A DNA stretch of 64,000 nt, taken from NCBI GenBank assembly GCA_964016885.1, contig OZ024764.1, positions 3,596,001 through 3,660,000 of the forward strand, written 5' to 3'. The notes below the pieces were generated by a model that saw nothing but the letters and a program-made list of their open reading frames with translations, had not been told where the DNA came from and ran no database searches. This document shows positions 38,201-52,800 of this stretch, piece by piece. Source of the DNA: Eledone cirrhosa. Its lineage: Eukaryota. Both the position numbers and the translations under genes were made by a program. Position 1 is the stretch's first letter, and every line of letters starts with the position of its first letter.

Positions 38201-41200
38201 ACTGTATTATAACACTGTCTGTCCAGCCCCACATGTATTACTGTTACCCCTGTTTATAATATTTACTGTATTATAACACTGTCTGTCCAGCCCCACATGT
38301 ATTACTGTTACCCCTGTTTATAATATTTACTGTATTATAACAGTCTGTCTGTCCAGCCCCACATGTATTACTGTTACCCCTGTTTATAATATTTACTGTA
38401 TAATAACAGTCTGTCTGTCCAGCCCCACATGTATTACTGTTACCGCTGTTTATAATATTTACTGTATTATAACACTGTCTGTCCAGCCCCACATGTATTA
38501 CTGTTACCCCTGTTTATAATATTTACTGTATTATAACACTGTCTGTCCAGCCCCACATGTATTACTGTTATCCCTGTTTATAATATTTACTGTATTATAA
38601 CACTGTCTGTCCAGCCCCACATGTATTACTGTTACCCCTGTTTATAATATTTACTGTATTATAACACTGTCTGTCCAGCCCCACATGTATTACTGTTACC
38701 CCTGTTTATAATATTTACTGTATTATAACACTGTCTGTCTATCCCCACATGTATTACTGTTACACCTGTTTATAATATTTACTGTATTATAACACTGTCT
38801 GTCTATCCCCACATGTATTACTGTTACCCCTGTTTATAATATTTACTGTATTATAACACTGTCTGTCCAGCCCCACATGTATTACTGTTACCCCTGTTTA
38901 TAATATTTACTGTATTATAACACTATCTGTCTATCCCCACATGTATTACTGTTACACCTGTTTATAATATTTACTGTATTATAACACTGTCTGTCCAGCC
39001 CCACATGTATTACTGTTACCCCTGTTTATAATATTTACTGTATTATAACACTGTCTGTCCAGCCCCACATGTATTACTGTTATCCCTGTTTATAATATCT
39101 ACTGTATTATAACACTGTCTGTCCAGCCCCACATGTATTACTGTTACCCCTGTTTATAATATTTACTGTATTATAACACTGTCTGTCCAGCCCCACATGT
39201 ATTACTGTTACCCCTGTTTATAATATTTACTGTATTATAACACTGTCTGCCCAACCCCACATGTATTACTGTTACCCCTGTTTATAATATCTACTGTATT
39301 ATAACACTGTCTGTCCAGCCCCACATGTATTACTGTTACCCCTGTTTATAATATTTACTGTATTATAACACTGTCTGTCTATCCCCACATGTATAACTGT
39401 TACCCCTGTTTATAATATTTACTGTATTATAACACTGTCTGTCTATCCCCACATGTATTACTGTTACCCCTGTTTATAATATTTACTGTATTATAACACT
39501 GTCTGTCCAGCCCCACATGTATTACTGTTACCCCTGTTTATAATATCTACTGTATTATAACACTGTCTGTCCAGCCCCACATGTATTACTGTTACACCTG
39601 TTTATAATATTTACTGTATTATAACACTGTCTGTCTATCCCCACATGTATTACTGTTACCCCTGTTTATAATATTTACTGTATTATAACACTGTCTGTCC
39701 AGCCCCACATGTATTACTGTTATCCCTGTTTATAATATCTACTGTATTATAACACTGTCTGTCCAGCCCCACATGTATTACTGTTACACCTGTTTATAAT
39801 ATTTACTGTATTATAACACTGTCTGTCTATCCCCACATGTATTACTGTTACCCCTGTTTATAATATTTACTGTATTATAACACTGTCTGTCCAGCCCCAC
39901 ATGTATTACTGTTAGCCCTGTTTATAATATCTACTGTATTATAACACTGTCTGTCCAACCCCACATGTATTACTGTTACCTCTGTTTATAATATTTACTG
40001 TATTATAACACTGTCTGTCTATCCCCACATGTATTACTGTTACCCCTGTTTATAATATTTACTGTATTATAACACTGTCTGTCTATCCCCACATGTATTA
40101 CTGTTACCTCTGTTTATAATATTTACTGTATTATAACACTATCTGTCTATCCCCACATGTATTACTGTTACCCCTGTTTATAATATTTACTGTATTATAA
40201 CACTGTCTGTCCAACCCCACATGTATTACTGTTACACCTGTTTATAATATTTACTGTATTATAACACTATCTGTCTATCCCCACATGTATTACTGTTACC
40301 CCTGTTTATAATATTTACTGTATTATAACACTGTCTGTCCAACCCCACATGTATTACTGTTACCCCTGTTTATAATATCTACTGTATTATAACACTGTCT
40401 GTCCAGCCCCACATGTATTACTGTTACCCCTGTTTATAATATTTACTGTATTATAACACTGTCTGTCTATCCCCACATGTATTACTGTTACCCCTGTTTA
40501 TAATATCTACTGTATTATAACACTGTCTGTCCAGCCCCACATGTATTACTGTTACCCCTGTTTATAATATTTACTGTATTATAACACTGTCTGTCTATCC
40601 CCACATGTATTACTGTTACCCCTGTTTATAATATTTACTGTATTATAACACTGTCTGTCTATCCCCACATGTATTACTGTTACCCCTGTTTATAATATTT
40701 ACTGTATTATAACACTGTCTGTCCAGCCCCACATGTATTACTGTTACCCCTGTTTATAATATCTACTGTATTACAACACTGTCTGTCCAGCCCCACATGT
40801 ATTACTGTTACCCCTGTTTATAATATTTACTGTATAATAACAGTCTGTCTGTCCAGCCCCACATGTATTACTGTTACCCCTGTTTATAATATTTACTGTA
40901 TTATAACACTGTCTGTCCAGCCCCACATGTATTACTGTTACCCCTGTTTATAATATCTACTGTATTATAACACTGTCTGTCCAGCCCCACATGTATTACT
41001 GTTACCCCTGTTTATAATATTTACTGTATAATAACACTGTCTGTCCAGCCCCACATGTATTACTGTTATCCCTGTTTATAATATTTACTGTATAATAACA
41101 CTGTCTGTCCAGCACCACATGTATTACTGTTACCCCTGTTTATAATATCTACTGTATTACAACACTGTCTGTCCAGCCCCACATGTATTACTGTTACCCC

Positions 41201-43918
41201 TGTTTATAATATCTACTGTATTATAACACTGTCTGTCCAGCCCCACATGTATTACTGTTACCCCTGTTTATAATATCTACTGTATTACAACACTGTCTGT
41301 CCAGCCCCACATGTATTACTGTTACCCCTGTTTATAATATTTACTGTATAATAACAGTCTGTCTGTCCAGCCCCACATGTATTACTGTTACCCCTGTTTA
41401 TAATATTTACTGTATTATAACACTGTCTGTCCAGCCCCACATGTATTACTGTTACCCCTGTTTATAATATTTACTGTATAATAACACTGTCTGTCCAGCC
41501 CCACATGTATTACTATTACCCCTGTTTATAATATTTACTTTCTTATAACACTGTCTGTCCAGCCCCACATGTATTACTGTTACCCCTGTTTATAATATCT
41601 ACTGTATTATAACACTGTCTGTCTATCCCCACATATATTACTGTTACCTCTGTTTATAATATTTACTGTATTATAACAGTCTGTCTGTCCAGCCCCACAT
41701 GTATTACTGTTACCCCTGTTTATAATATCTACTGTATTATAACACTGTCTGTCCAGCCCCACATGTATTACTGTTACCCCTGTTTATAATATTTACTGTA
41801 TAATAACACTGTCTGTCCAGCCCCACATGTATTACTGTTACCCCTGTTTATAATATTTACTGTATAATAACACTGTCTGTCCAGCCCCACATGTATTACT
41901 GTTACCCCTGTTTATAATATCTACTGTATTATAACACTGTCTGTCTATCCCCACATATATTACTGTTACCTCTGTTTATAATATCTACTGTATTATAACA
42001 CTGTCTGTCTATCCCCACATATATTACTGTTACCTCTGTTTATAATATTTACTGTATTATAACAGTCTGTCTGTCCAGCCCCACATATATTACTGTTACC
42101 CCTGTTTATAATATCTACTGTATTATAACACTGTCTGTCTATCCCCACATATATTACTGTTACCTCTGTTTATAATATTTACTGTATTATAACAGTCTGT
42201 CTGTCCAGCCCCACATATATTACTGTTACCCCTGTTTATAATATCTACTGTATTATAACACTGTCTGTCTATCCCCACATATATTACTGTTACCTCTGTT
42301 TATAATATTTACTGTATTATAACAGTCTGTCTGTCCAGCCCCACATATATTACTGTTACCCCTGTTTATAATATTTACTGTATTATAACACTGTCTGTCC
42401 AGCCCCACATGTATTACTGTTACCCCTGTTTATAATATCTACTGTATTATAACACTGTCTGTCCAGCCCCACATGTATTACTGTTACCCCTGTTTATAAT
42501 ATCTACTGTATAATAACAGTCTGTCTGTCCAGCCCCACATGTATTACTGTTACCCCTGTTTATAATATCTACTGTATAATAACAGTCTGTCTGTCCAGCC
42601 CCACATGTATTACTGTTACGCCTGTTTATAATATTTACTGTATTATAACACTGTCTATCCCCACATATATTACTGTTACCCCTGTTTATAATATCTACTG
42701 TATTATAACACTGTCTGTCCAGCCCCACATATATTACTGTTACTCCTGTTTATAATATCTACTGTATTATAACAGTCTGTCTGTCCAGCCCCACATGTAT
42801 TACTGTTACCCCTGTTTATAATATCTACTGTATTATAACACTGTCTGTCCAGCCCCACATGTATTACTGTTACCCCTGTTTATAATATTTACTGTATAAT
42901 AACACTGTCTGTCCAGCCCCACATGTATTACTGTTACCCCTGTTTATAATATTTACTGTATAATAACACTGTCTGTCCAGCCCCACATGTATTACTGTTA
43001 CCCCTGTTTATAATATCTACTGTATTATAACACTGTCTGTCTATCCCCACATATATTACTGTTACCTCTGTTTATAATATCTACTGTATTATAACACTGT
43101 CTGTCTATCCCCACATATATTACTGTTACCTCTGTTTATAATATTTACTGTATTATAACAGTCTGTCTGTCCAGCCCCACATATATTACTGTTACCCCTG
43201 TTTATAATATCTACTGTATTATAACACTGTCTGTCTATCCCCACATATATTACTGTTACCTCTGTTTATAATATTTACTGTATTATAACAGTCTGTCTGT
43301 CCAGCCCCACATATATTACTGTTACCCCTGTTTATAATATCTACTGTATTATAACACTGTCTGTCTATCCCCACATATATTACTGTTACCTCTGTTTATA
43401 ATATTTACTGTATTATAACAGTCTGTCTGTCCAGCCCCACATATATTACTGTTACCCCTGTTTATAATATTTACTGTATTATAACACTGTCTGTCCAGCC
43501 CCACATGTATTACTGTTACCCCTGTTTATAATATCTACTGTATTATAACACTGTCTGTCCAGCCCCACATGTATTACTGTTACCCCTGTTTATAATATCT
43601 ACTGTATAATAACAGTCTGTCTGTCCAGCCCCACATGTATTACTGTTACCCCTGTTTATAATATCTACTGTATAATAACAGTCTGTCTGTCCAGCCCCAC
43701 ATGTATTACTGTTACGCCTGTTTATAATATTTACTGTATTATAACACTGTCTATCCCCACATATATTACTGTTACCCCTGTTTATAATATCTACTGTATT
43801 ATAACACTGTCTGTCCAGCCCCACATGTATTACTGTTACCCCTGTTTATAATATCTACTGTATTATAACAGTCTGTCTGTCCAGCCCCACATGTATTACT
43901 GTTACCCCTGTTTATAAT
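35285..43918. repeat. 64/66-bp minisatellite (copy 2)
   Basis: About 134 units, including a higher-order duplication of about 1096 bp (identical ORFs at 42447 and 43543). Confidence 0.95.
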
Positions 43919-43977
43919 CTAAAATCTGCTCTGTTTTTCTCTTCTCCCCAGACATCTTGTCAACAATAACCTGAATT

Positions 43978-46040
43978 ATGCAAATTGCCGTCGCCCTCCC
44001 AATAATAGCAGCCGGAAACTTGATCGCTGAACATCTACGAAACGAACGTATTCGACATCATGAAGATCAAGAGTTTAATGAACAGCGTGAAAGGCGTCAA
44101 TTTAGGGAGCAGCTTATGCTTCAGTTAGTTGAAGAAGAACGGGAGAAATCGGCACATCGCAGACATCTGGATTATGAAACACATCAATTAGCTCTGAATG
44201 AAAAGGAGCAGAAACTGAATAAAGAAATGATACCATATCTGGGCATAGCATTGGTGATTGTGGTGATGGCGTTAGCTATAGTGGTGGTGATGTGTGTATA
44301 TTGGTTGGTACCGTTAGTCTTTTGGTTGTTACAGTGTGTAGTGATGTCTGTCTGTTGGTTGTTACAGTGTGTAGTGATGTCTGTCTTTTGTTTGTTACAG
44401 TATGTAGTGATGTCTGTCTGTTGGTTGTTACAGTATGTAGTGATGTCTGTCTTTTGTTTGTTACAGTATGTAGTGATGTCTGTCTGTTGGTTGTTACAGT
44501 GTGTAGTGATGTCTGTCTGTTGGTTGTTACAGTATGTAGTGATGTCTGTCTGTTGGTTGTTACAGTGTGTAGTGATGTCTGTCTTTTGTTTGTTACAGTA
44601 TGTAGTGATGTCTGTCTGTTGGTTGTTACAGTGTGTAGTGATGTCTGTCTGTTGGTTGTTACAGTATGTAGTGATGTCTGTCTGTTGGTTGTTACAGTGT
44701 GTAGTGATGTCTGTCTTTTGGTTGTTACAGTATGTAGTGATGTCTGTCTGTTGGTTGATACAGTATGTAGTGATGTCTGTCTGTTGGTTGTTACAGTATG
44801 TAGTGATGTCTGTCTGTTGGTTGTTACAGTGTGTAGTGATGTCTGTCTTTTGGTTGTTACAGTATGTAGTGATGTCTGTCTGTTGGTTGATACAGTATGT
44901 AGTGATGTCTGTCTGTTGGTTGTTACAGTATGTAGTGATGTCTGTCTGTTGGTTGTTACAGTGTGTAGTGATGTCTGTCTGTTGGTTGATACAGTATGTA
45001 GTGATGTCTGTCTGTTGGTTGTTACAGTATGTAGTGATGTCTGTCTGTTGGTTGTTACAGTGTGTAGTGATGTCTGTCTTTTGGTTGTTACAGTATGTAG
45101 TGATGTCTGTCTGTTGGTTGATACAGTATGTAGTGATGTCTGTCTGTTGGTTGTTACAGTATGTAGTGATGTCTGTCTGTTGGTTGTTACAGTGTGTAGT
45201 GATGTCTGTCTTTTGGTTGTTACAGTATGTAGTGATGTCTGTCTTTTGGTTGTTACAGTATGTAGTGATGTCTGTCTGTTGGTTGTTACAGTATGTAGTG
45301 ATGTCTGTCTGTTGGTTGTTACAGTATGTAGTGATGTCTGTCTGTTGGTTGTTACAGTGTGTAGTGATGTCTGTCTGTTGGTTGTTACAGTGTGTAGTGA
45401 TGTCTGTCTGTTGGTTGTTACAGTGTGTAGTGATGTGTCTGTTGGTTGTTACAGTATGTAGTGATGTCTGTCTGTTGGTTGTTACAGTGTGTAGTGATGT
45501 CTGTCTGTTGGTTGTTACAGTATGTAGTGATGTCTGTCTGTTGGTTGTTACAGTGTGTAGTGATGTCTGTCTGTTGGTTGTTACAGTGTGTAGTGATGTC
45601 TGTCTGTTGGTTGTTACAGTGTGTAGTGATGTGTCTGTTGGTTGTTACAGTATGTAGTGATGTCTGTCTGTTGGTTGTTACAGTGTGTAGTGATGTCTGT
45701 CTCTTGGTTGTTACAGTGTGTAGTGATGTCTGTCTGTTGGTTGTTACAGTGTGTAGTGATGTCTGTCTCTTGGTTGTTACAGTGTGTAGTGATGTTTGTC
45801 TGTTGGTTGTTATAGTGTGTAGTGATGTCTGTCTGTTGGTTGTTACAGTGTGTAGTGATGTCTGTCTGTTGGTTGTTACAGTGTGTAGTGATGTCTGTAT
45901 ATCAGTTCTTTAACTTTAAAGCTATGTTTGTCATTGCAATTCTGGGATTTGTTATTTATCACATTCATGATGATACAAAACCTAAACCTCTTCAACATCC
46001 TAATAATGCTATTAATAACAACAAAATGACGAAACAATGA
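43978..46040 (+). pseudogene. Paralog of the 17594 ORF with about 48 x 33-bp repeats and two 2-bp frameshifts
   Basis: Same N- and C-termini. 'gatgtgtct' deletions near 45435 and 45630 shift the frame. Acceptor at 43951. Confidence 0.6.
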
Positions 46041-46679
46041 GATCTCTTCATGGCTGGAATGTAACTGATTTTGGTACTTACTGTACCTATGATGGTATTG
46101 ATGGATGTATCGGTAGCTGTGATGGTATTGATGGTTGTATCAGTAGCTGTGATGGTATTGATGGTTGTATTGGTAGCTGCTCTGTTTTCCTGTCCCTCCA
46201 AGGAAGACATCCAAGCATCAACCACCTTAATTATGATGTGGAGACAAGACGGCAGTGATGAAGACTCTGATAGTGCAGCAATAGAGTTTTATAGAAAACT
46301 TATTCCTGGCTTCGGAGAAGGGTTAGATGGAGTGTTCAGTGGAATGTCTTTCAACCCACAAGCTCTGGGATTTCTTGCTCACCCCATATATAACACAGTA
46401 AAAGCTTTATCTCACATAACATTACTCTATAAATACTATTGTATTTTCATGGTAAACACTTTACCTCACATAATATTGAATCTATGAGATTTTGATAATT
46501 ATTTTGAGAACAATACCTTAACATCAGTATGAGCAGCCAGTTTTAATGCTAAATGGTTAAAAACTATATTTATTTCCTTACATATGTTTCAAAGGAGTTG
46601 TACATATTTGAAATGTTATGAAACATTTCTTGTAATCTATGTCCATAGTTCTACCTTTGGTATATATACATATATATAT

Positions 46680-47330
46680 CGCCCAAAAAAAGAACAGCAA
46701 CGGCGCTGGCAAATAAAGTGTGGGAGTTCAAAGACAAAAACATTCCATACACTATTGATTGGTCTATTTTAGAGACCATTCAAGAGAATACCAAAGAGGC
46801 ACAAGGAAATAATCTTTGTGCACCACAGAAAAATTTAGAATTCTCCAAAACTTGAAAGCCCCTTCCACTTGCCTCAACTCTAAGACCGAGATCTTCAGAT
46901 GTTGTCCACATCTGAAATTGCATCTATTTTTTAACTGGATTAACATTCCTACGATTACTCAGCCACCTTGAGCCTCTTCTTTACTCATCACGAATATTAT
47001 TACCTTATGAACTCATACTTCCTACCCATATATACTTTTTCTCCCTCATTTCCTTCTATATATCTCTTTATTTTTATCAAACTTTTTTTTTTTCAGTTTT
47101 CTACCTTACCTTTTACACATACACACCCATAACCTTTATCCTTTACTCAGTTCACTTTTTAACCAGATACTCTTATCTAGATCTCATCACAAACCTTTTA
47201 CAACACTTTTTTCTCTTACCTGTTCTCAAGAATTGTGTTTATTATTTTATTTCAATTTTACTCCCCTTTTGTCCTTACTTACCCTCTAGGTTTATTAATG
47301 TAGTCACATAGGGTTGTGTGCGGGCGCATA
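46680..47330 (+). mobile_element. Degenerate Penelope-like element, GIY-YIG C-terminus and 3' region
   Basis: Translation YQRGTRK*SLCTTEKFRIL...CLNSKTEIFRCCPH matches the CxxC..E..I..LN..E..C.H end of the 59378 ORF. Confidence 0.65.
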
Positions 47331-47464
47331 AGCAGACAGGCTTATGTGTACATACATTTATAGTATTTTGATTATTTATTTGTATGTGTGCATGTGTGTG
47401 TGTATGTGGGCGTGTATATATATATGTGTGTGTATGTGTATGTATGTGTGTATATATATATATA

Positions 47465-48070
47465 TGTATTACTGTTACCCCTGTTTATAATATTTACTGT
47501 ATTATAACACTGTCTGTCCAGCCCCACATGTATTACTGTTACCCCTGTTTATAATCTAAAATCTGCTGTTTTTTCTCTTCTCCCCAGGAAGTTATTTTGT
47601 CAAGGAGAGCCAAGCATCAACCGCCCCAATTATTATGTGGAGACAAGACGGCAGTGATGAAGACTCTGATAGTGCAGCAATAGAGTTTTATAGAAAACTT
47701 ATTCCTGGCTTTGGAGAAGGGTAAGATGGAGTGTTCGGTGGAATGTCTTTCAACTCACAAGCTCTGGGATTTCTTGCTCACCCCATATATAACACAGTAA
47801 AAACTTTATCTCACATAACATTAACATTACTCTATAAATACTATTGTATTTTCATGGTAAGCACTTTACCTCACATAATATTGAATCTATGAGATTTTGA
47901 TAATTATTTTGAGAACAATACCTTAACATCAGTATGAGTAGCCAGTTTTAATGCTAAATGGTTAAAAACTGCATTTATTTTCTTACATATGTTTCAAAGG
48001 AGTTGTACATATTTGAAATGTTATGAAACATTTCTTGTAATCTATGTCCATAGTTCTACCTTTGGTATAT
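47465..48070 (+). other. Third partial paralog: one or two 64-bp units, acceptor (47587) and the downstream exon-like segment, without the repeat ORF
   Basis: ttttttctcttctccccAG|gaag...ccaagcatcaacc matches 18734 onward and 46203 onward. G|GTAAGA donor-like site at 47721. Confidence 0.55.
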
Positions 48071-48079
48071 ATATATATA

Positions 48080-48310
48080 TCATCATCATTTTACGTCCGC
48101 TTTTCCCTGCTTGCCATGGTGGGATGGGTCCAATTCATTTGTCACGGTCCTTTGTCATCTCCTCTGTGAGCTTCAGCGATCTGAGGTCAGCTCGCATCAC
48201 CTCAGCCCATGATATTTGTGGTCTCCCTCTACTATGATTTCTTAGCACTGCCTTACCCAGCGGTCATCCTCTATGCGCATCACATGTCGATATCAACGCA
48301 CACTACAGTT
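48080..48310 (-). mobile_element. RTE 3' fragment
   Basis: (CAT)n tail and RTE C-terminus-like sequence on the minus strand. Confidence 0.65.
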
Positions 48311-49129
48311 TATCCCTCTCATACACATATATATATCAAAGGTACAATTATATATATACACCAGTATTCTGATGATGTGATTGGGCATGGACTGAAATTA
48401 AGGTCGAGTGACATAACTTTTAACGATCAGCAGCTTTTAGACTCACCTGATTAAAGAAACAATTGTTAATACTGTAAATAAACCCTATTGCACAGCCGCC
48501 CATGTTATTCTTCATTATTTTATTATACAGATATATATATACCAAAGGTAGAACTATATATATCTATACTACATATATCTACATAGAACTACATACATCT
48601 ATACTAATAAAGCGGAGGGCCGTATGTAAGTAACAAACTTTTCACCAAACGGCACCAAATTTACAACATAGATGTAACTATTTCCAAGTAAGAAAGTGGG
48701 GGTATTTTTGTCGACTGAATTTTGTTAAAAGATTAAAGACATTATTTAAATATTCACTTCTTTAAAATTTTCAAATGTCAACACTTCCAGTTATATGACA
48801 TTCCTCTCTCTTTCTTAGTCTGTCTTTTTAGATAGCTACTAGCAGAATGGCCTGGCGTTGCTCAGGATTTGCTCTAGGGTTCTTATATATTTGATATATA
48901 TTTATCCTTATTGAGCCGTGTGAAATAAATACGTTTCTTTATATTTTGTTATTGTGTATGCAAAAATATCTGTACACGAATATATAATTATATATATATA
49001 TATATATTAAAATAACAGATTAAAGTTTGAGCAAAGAATCGCTGCTTTCACCCTTAACGGGATCTTCTGAAACTAAAATAAAAAAATCAATCTGTGAACG
49101 CAGAAGTAAATATTTCGATAAACGTTACA

Positions 49130-49186
<57 letters not shown>

Positions 49187-49199
49187 CACACACACACAC

Positions 49200-49485
49200 A
49201 CAGCTACATCATAATGTCGTAATGCAGACAGCCAGGCATACAGACAGATATTATAAGGACGCAATGTTATATCTATGTATCTATCTAACAAGAGAAAGAC
49301 TAAGAGAGAGATCGCTAAATCACCTAATCTGGTCCCTAGGGCATTGAAAATTCGAAATATTTTTTGCTTAGAACACTCAGAGGACCATAAGTATTACATG
49401 TGTAAAGTTTGAAAACAATCGGTTGGGTGGTTCTCGAGTTTTAGTAATTGGACAGACAGACATTCTCTGTTTTAGATATATAGAT
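49200..49485 (-). mobile_element. Non-autonomous Helitron-like element fragment
   Basis: Minus strand begins TCTATATATCTAAAACAGAGAATGTCTGTCTGTC. Homologous to 54188-54410(+). Confidence 0.5.
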
Positions 49486-49814
49486 AATGTTGCACCCTTA
49501 TAATATGTCTCTGTATGTCTGGCTGTCTGACCATTCTGTACATTGACTTCGCTATCTGTGTGTGTGTATATATATATGTATATATAGTGTGTGTTAGTAT
49601 CATCATTCCTTTATACGTATAAATACATACATAAACATATTATTTACAGTTGCATAAAAAAGAAGTATAGTTGTTTCTACTTTTGGCACAAGGCCAGCAA
49701 TTATCCCAATACATTACTGGTACTTTATTATATATAATACAACATTCCTCTCTCTTTCTTACTTTGTCGTTTTAGATAGATACATAGCTATAACGTTGCG
49801 TAATTATATATTGG

Positions 49815-52800
49815 TGTACATATTTTCAACAGTAATACTCTACTATATATTTTCAACAGTAATACTGTACTATATATTTTCAACAGTAATACTGTACTAT
49901 ATATTTTCAACAGTAATACTGTACTATATATTTTCAACAGTAATACTGTACTACATATTTTCAACAGTAATACTATACTATATATTTTCAACAGTAATAC
50001 TGTACTATATATTTTCAACAGTAATACTCTACTATATATTTTCAACAGTAATACTCTACTATATATTTTCAACAGTAATACTCTACTATATATTTTCAAC
50101 AGTAATACTGTACTATATATTTTCAACAGTAATACTGTACTATATATTTTCAACTGTAATACTGTACTACATATTTTCAACAGTAATATTGTACTATATA
50201 TTTTCAACAGTAATACTGTACTATATATTTTCAACTGTAATACTGTACTACATATTTTCAACAGTAATATTGTACTATATATTTTCAACTGTAATACTGT
50301 ACTATATATTTTCAACAGTAATACTGTACTATATATTTTCAACTGTAATACTGTACTATATATTTTCAACAGTAATACTGTACTATATATTTTCAACAGT
50401 AATACTGTACTATATATTTTCAACAGTAATACTGTACTATATATTTTCAACAGTAATATTGTACTATATATTTTCAACAGTAATACTATACTATATATTT
50501 TCAACAGTAATACTGTACTACATATTTTCAACAGTAATATTGTACTATATATTTTCAACTGTAATACTGTACTATATATTTTCAACAGTAATACTATACT
50601 ATATATTTTCAACAGTAATACTGTACTATATATTTTCAACAGTAATACTGTACTATATATTTTCAACAGTAATACTGTACTATATATTTTCAACAGTAAT
50701 ACTGTACTATATATTTTCAACTGTAATACTGTACTATATATTTTCAACAGTAATACTGTACTATATATTTTCAACAGTAATACTGTACTATATATTTTCA
50801 ACAGTAATACTGTACTATATATTTTCAACAGTAATACTGTACTATATATTTTCAACTGTAATACTGTACTATATATTTTCAACAGTAATACTGTACTATA
50901 TATTTTCAACTGTAATACTATACTGTACTATATATTTTCAACAGTAATACTGTACTATATATTTTCAACAGTAATACTGTACTATATATTTTCAACTGTA
51001 ATACTGTACTATATATTTTCAACTGTAATACTGTACTATATATTTTCAACTGTAATACTGTACTATATATTTTCAACTGTAATACTGTACTATATATTTT
51101 CAACAGTAATACTGTACTATATATTTTCAACTGTAATACTGTACTATATATTTTCAACAGTAATACTGTACTATATATTTTCAACAGTAATACTGTACTA
51201 TATATTTTCAACAGTAATACTGTACTATATATGTTCAACTGTAATACTATACTATATATTTTCAACAGTAATACTGTACTATATATTTTCAACAGTAATA
51301 CTGTACTATATATTTTCAACAGTAATACTGTACTATATATTTTCAACAGTAATACTGTACTATATATTTTCAACTGTAATACTGTACTATATATTTTCAA
51401 CTGTAATACTGTACTATATATTTTCAACAGTAATACTATACTATATATTTTCAACAGTAATACTATACTGTACTATATATTTTCAACTGTAATACTGTAC
51501 TATATATTTTCAACAGTAATACTGTACTATATATTTTCAGCTGTAATACTATACTATATATTTTCAACAGTAATACTATACTATATATTTTCAACAGTAA
51601 TACTATACTGTACTATATATTTTCAACTGTAATACTGTACTATATATTTTCAACAGTAATACTGTACTATATATTTTCAACTGTAATACTGTACTATATA
51701 TTTTCAACTGTAATACTCTACTATATATTTTCAACTGTAATACTGTACTATATATTTTCAACAGTAATACTGTACTATATATTTTCAACTGTAATACTGT
51801 ACTATATATTTTCAACAGTAATACTGTACTATATATTTTCAACTGTAATACTATACTGTACTATATATTTTCAACAGTAATACTGTACTATATATTTTCA
51901 ACAGTAATACTGTACTATATATTTTCAACTGTAATACTGTACTATATATTTTCAACTGTAATACTGTACTATATATTTTCAACTGTAATACTGTACTATA
52001 TATTTTCAACTGTAATACTGTACTATATATTTTCAACAGTAATACTGTACTATATATTTTCAACTGTAATACTGTACTATATATTTTCAACAGTAATACT
52101 GTACTATATATTTTCAACAGTAATACTGTACTATATATTTTCAACAGTAATACTGTACTATATATGTTCAACTGTAATACTATACTATATATTTTCAACA
52201 GTAATACTGTACTATATATTTTCAACAGTAATACTGTACTATATATTTTCAACAGTAATACTGTACTATATATTTTCAACAGTAATACTGTACTATATAT
52301 TTTCAACTGTAATACTGTACTATATATTTTCAACTGTAATACTGTACTATATATTTTCAACAGTAATACTATACTATATATTTTCAACAGTAATACTATA
52401 CTGTACTATATATTTTCAACTGTAATACTGTACTATATATTTTCAACAGTAATACTGTACTATATATTTTCAGCTGTAATACTATACTATATATTTTCAA
52501 CAGTAATACTATACTATATATTTTCAACAGTAATACTATACTGTACTATATATTTTCAACTGTAATACTGTACTATATATTTTCAACAGTAATACTGTAC
52601 TATATATTTTCAACTGTAATACTGTACTATATATTTTCAACTGTAATACTCTACTATATATTTTCAACTGTAATACTGTACTATATATTTTCAACTGTAA
52701 TACTGTACTATATATTTTCAACTGTAATACTGTACTATATATTTTCAACTGTAATACTGTACTATATATTTTCAACAGTAATACTGTACTATATATTTTC

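Larger units (their letters stand above)
30520..48858. repeat. Segmental duplication, copy 2
   Basis: Collinear with 9880-19908, with longer satellites and an extra segment at about 46495-48370. Confidence 0.9.

Noticed and set aside
48365-48412. CTGATGA...GAAA..GTC hammerhead-like motif
   Set aside because: Stems I and II do not pair convincingly and the paralog at 19025 lacks the core.
49035-49075. Minus-strand CAGAAGA-tccc/gggt-GAAA hammerhead-like motif
   Set aside because: Core mutated, no NUH triplet or stem I. At most a decayed relic.
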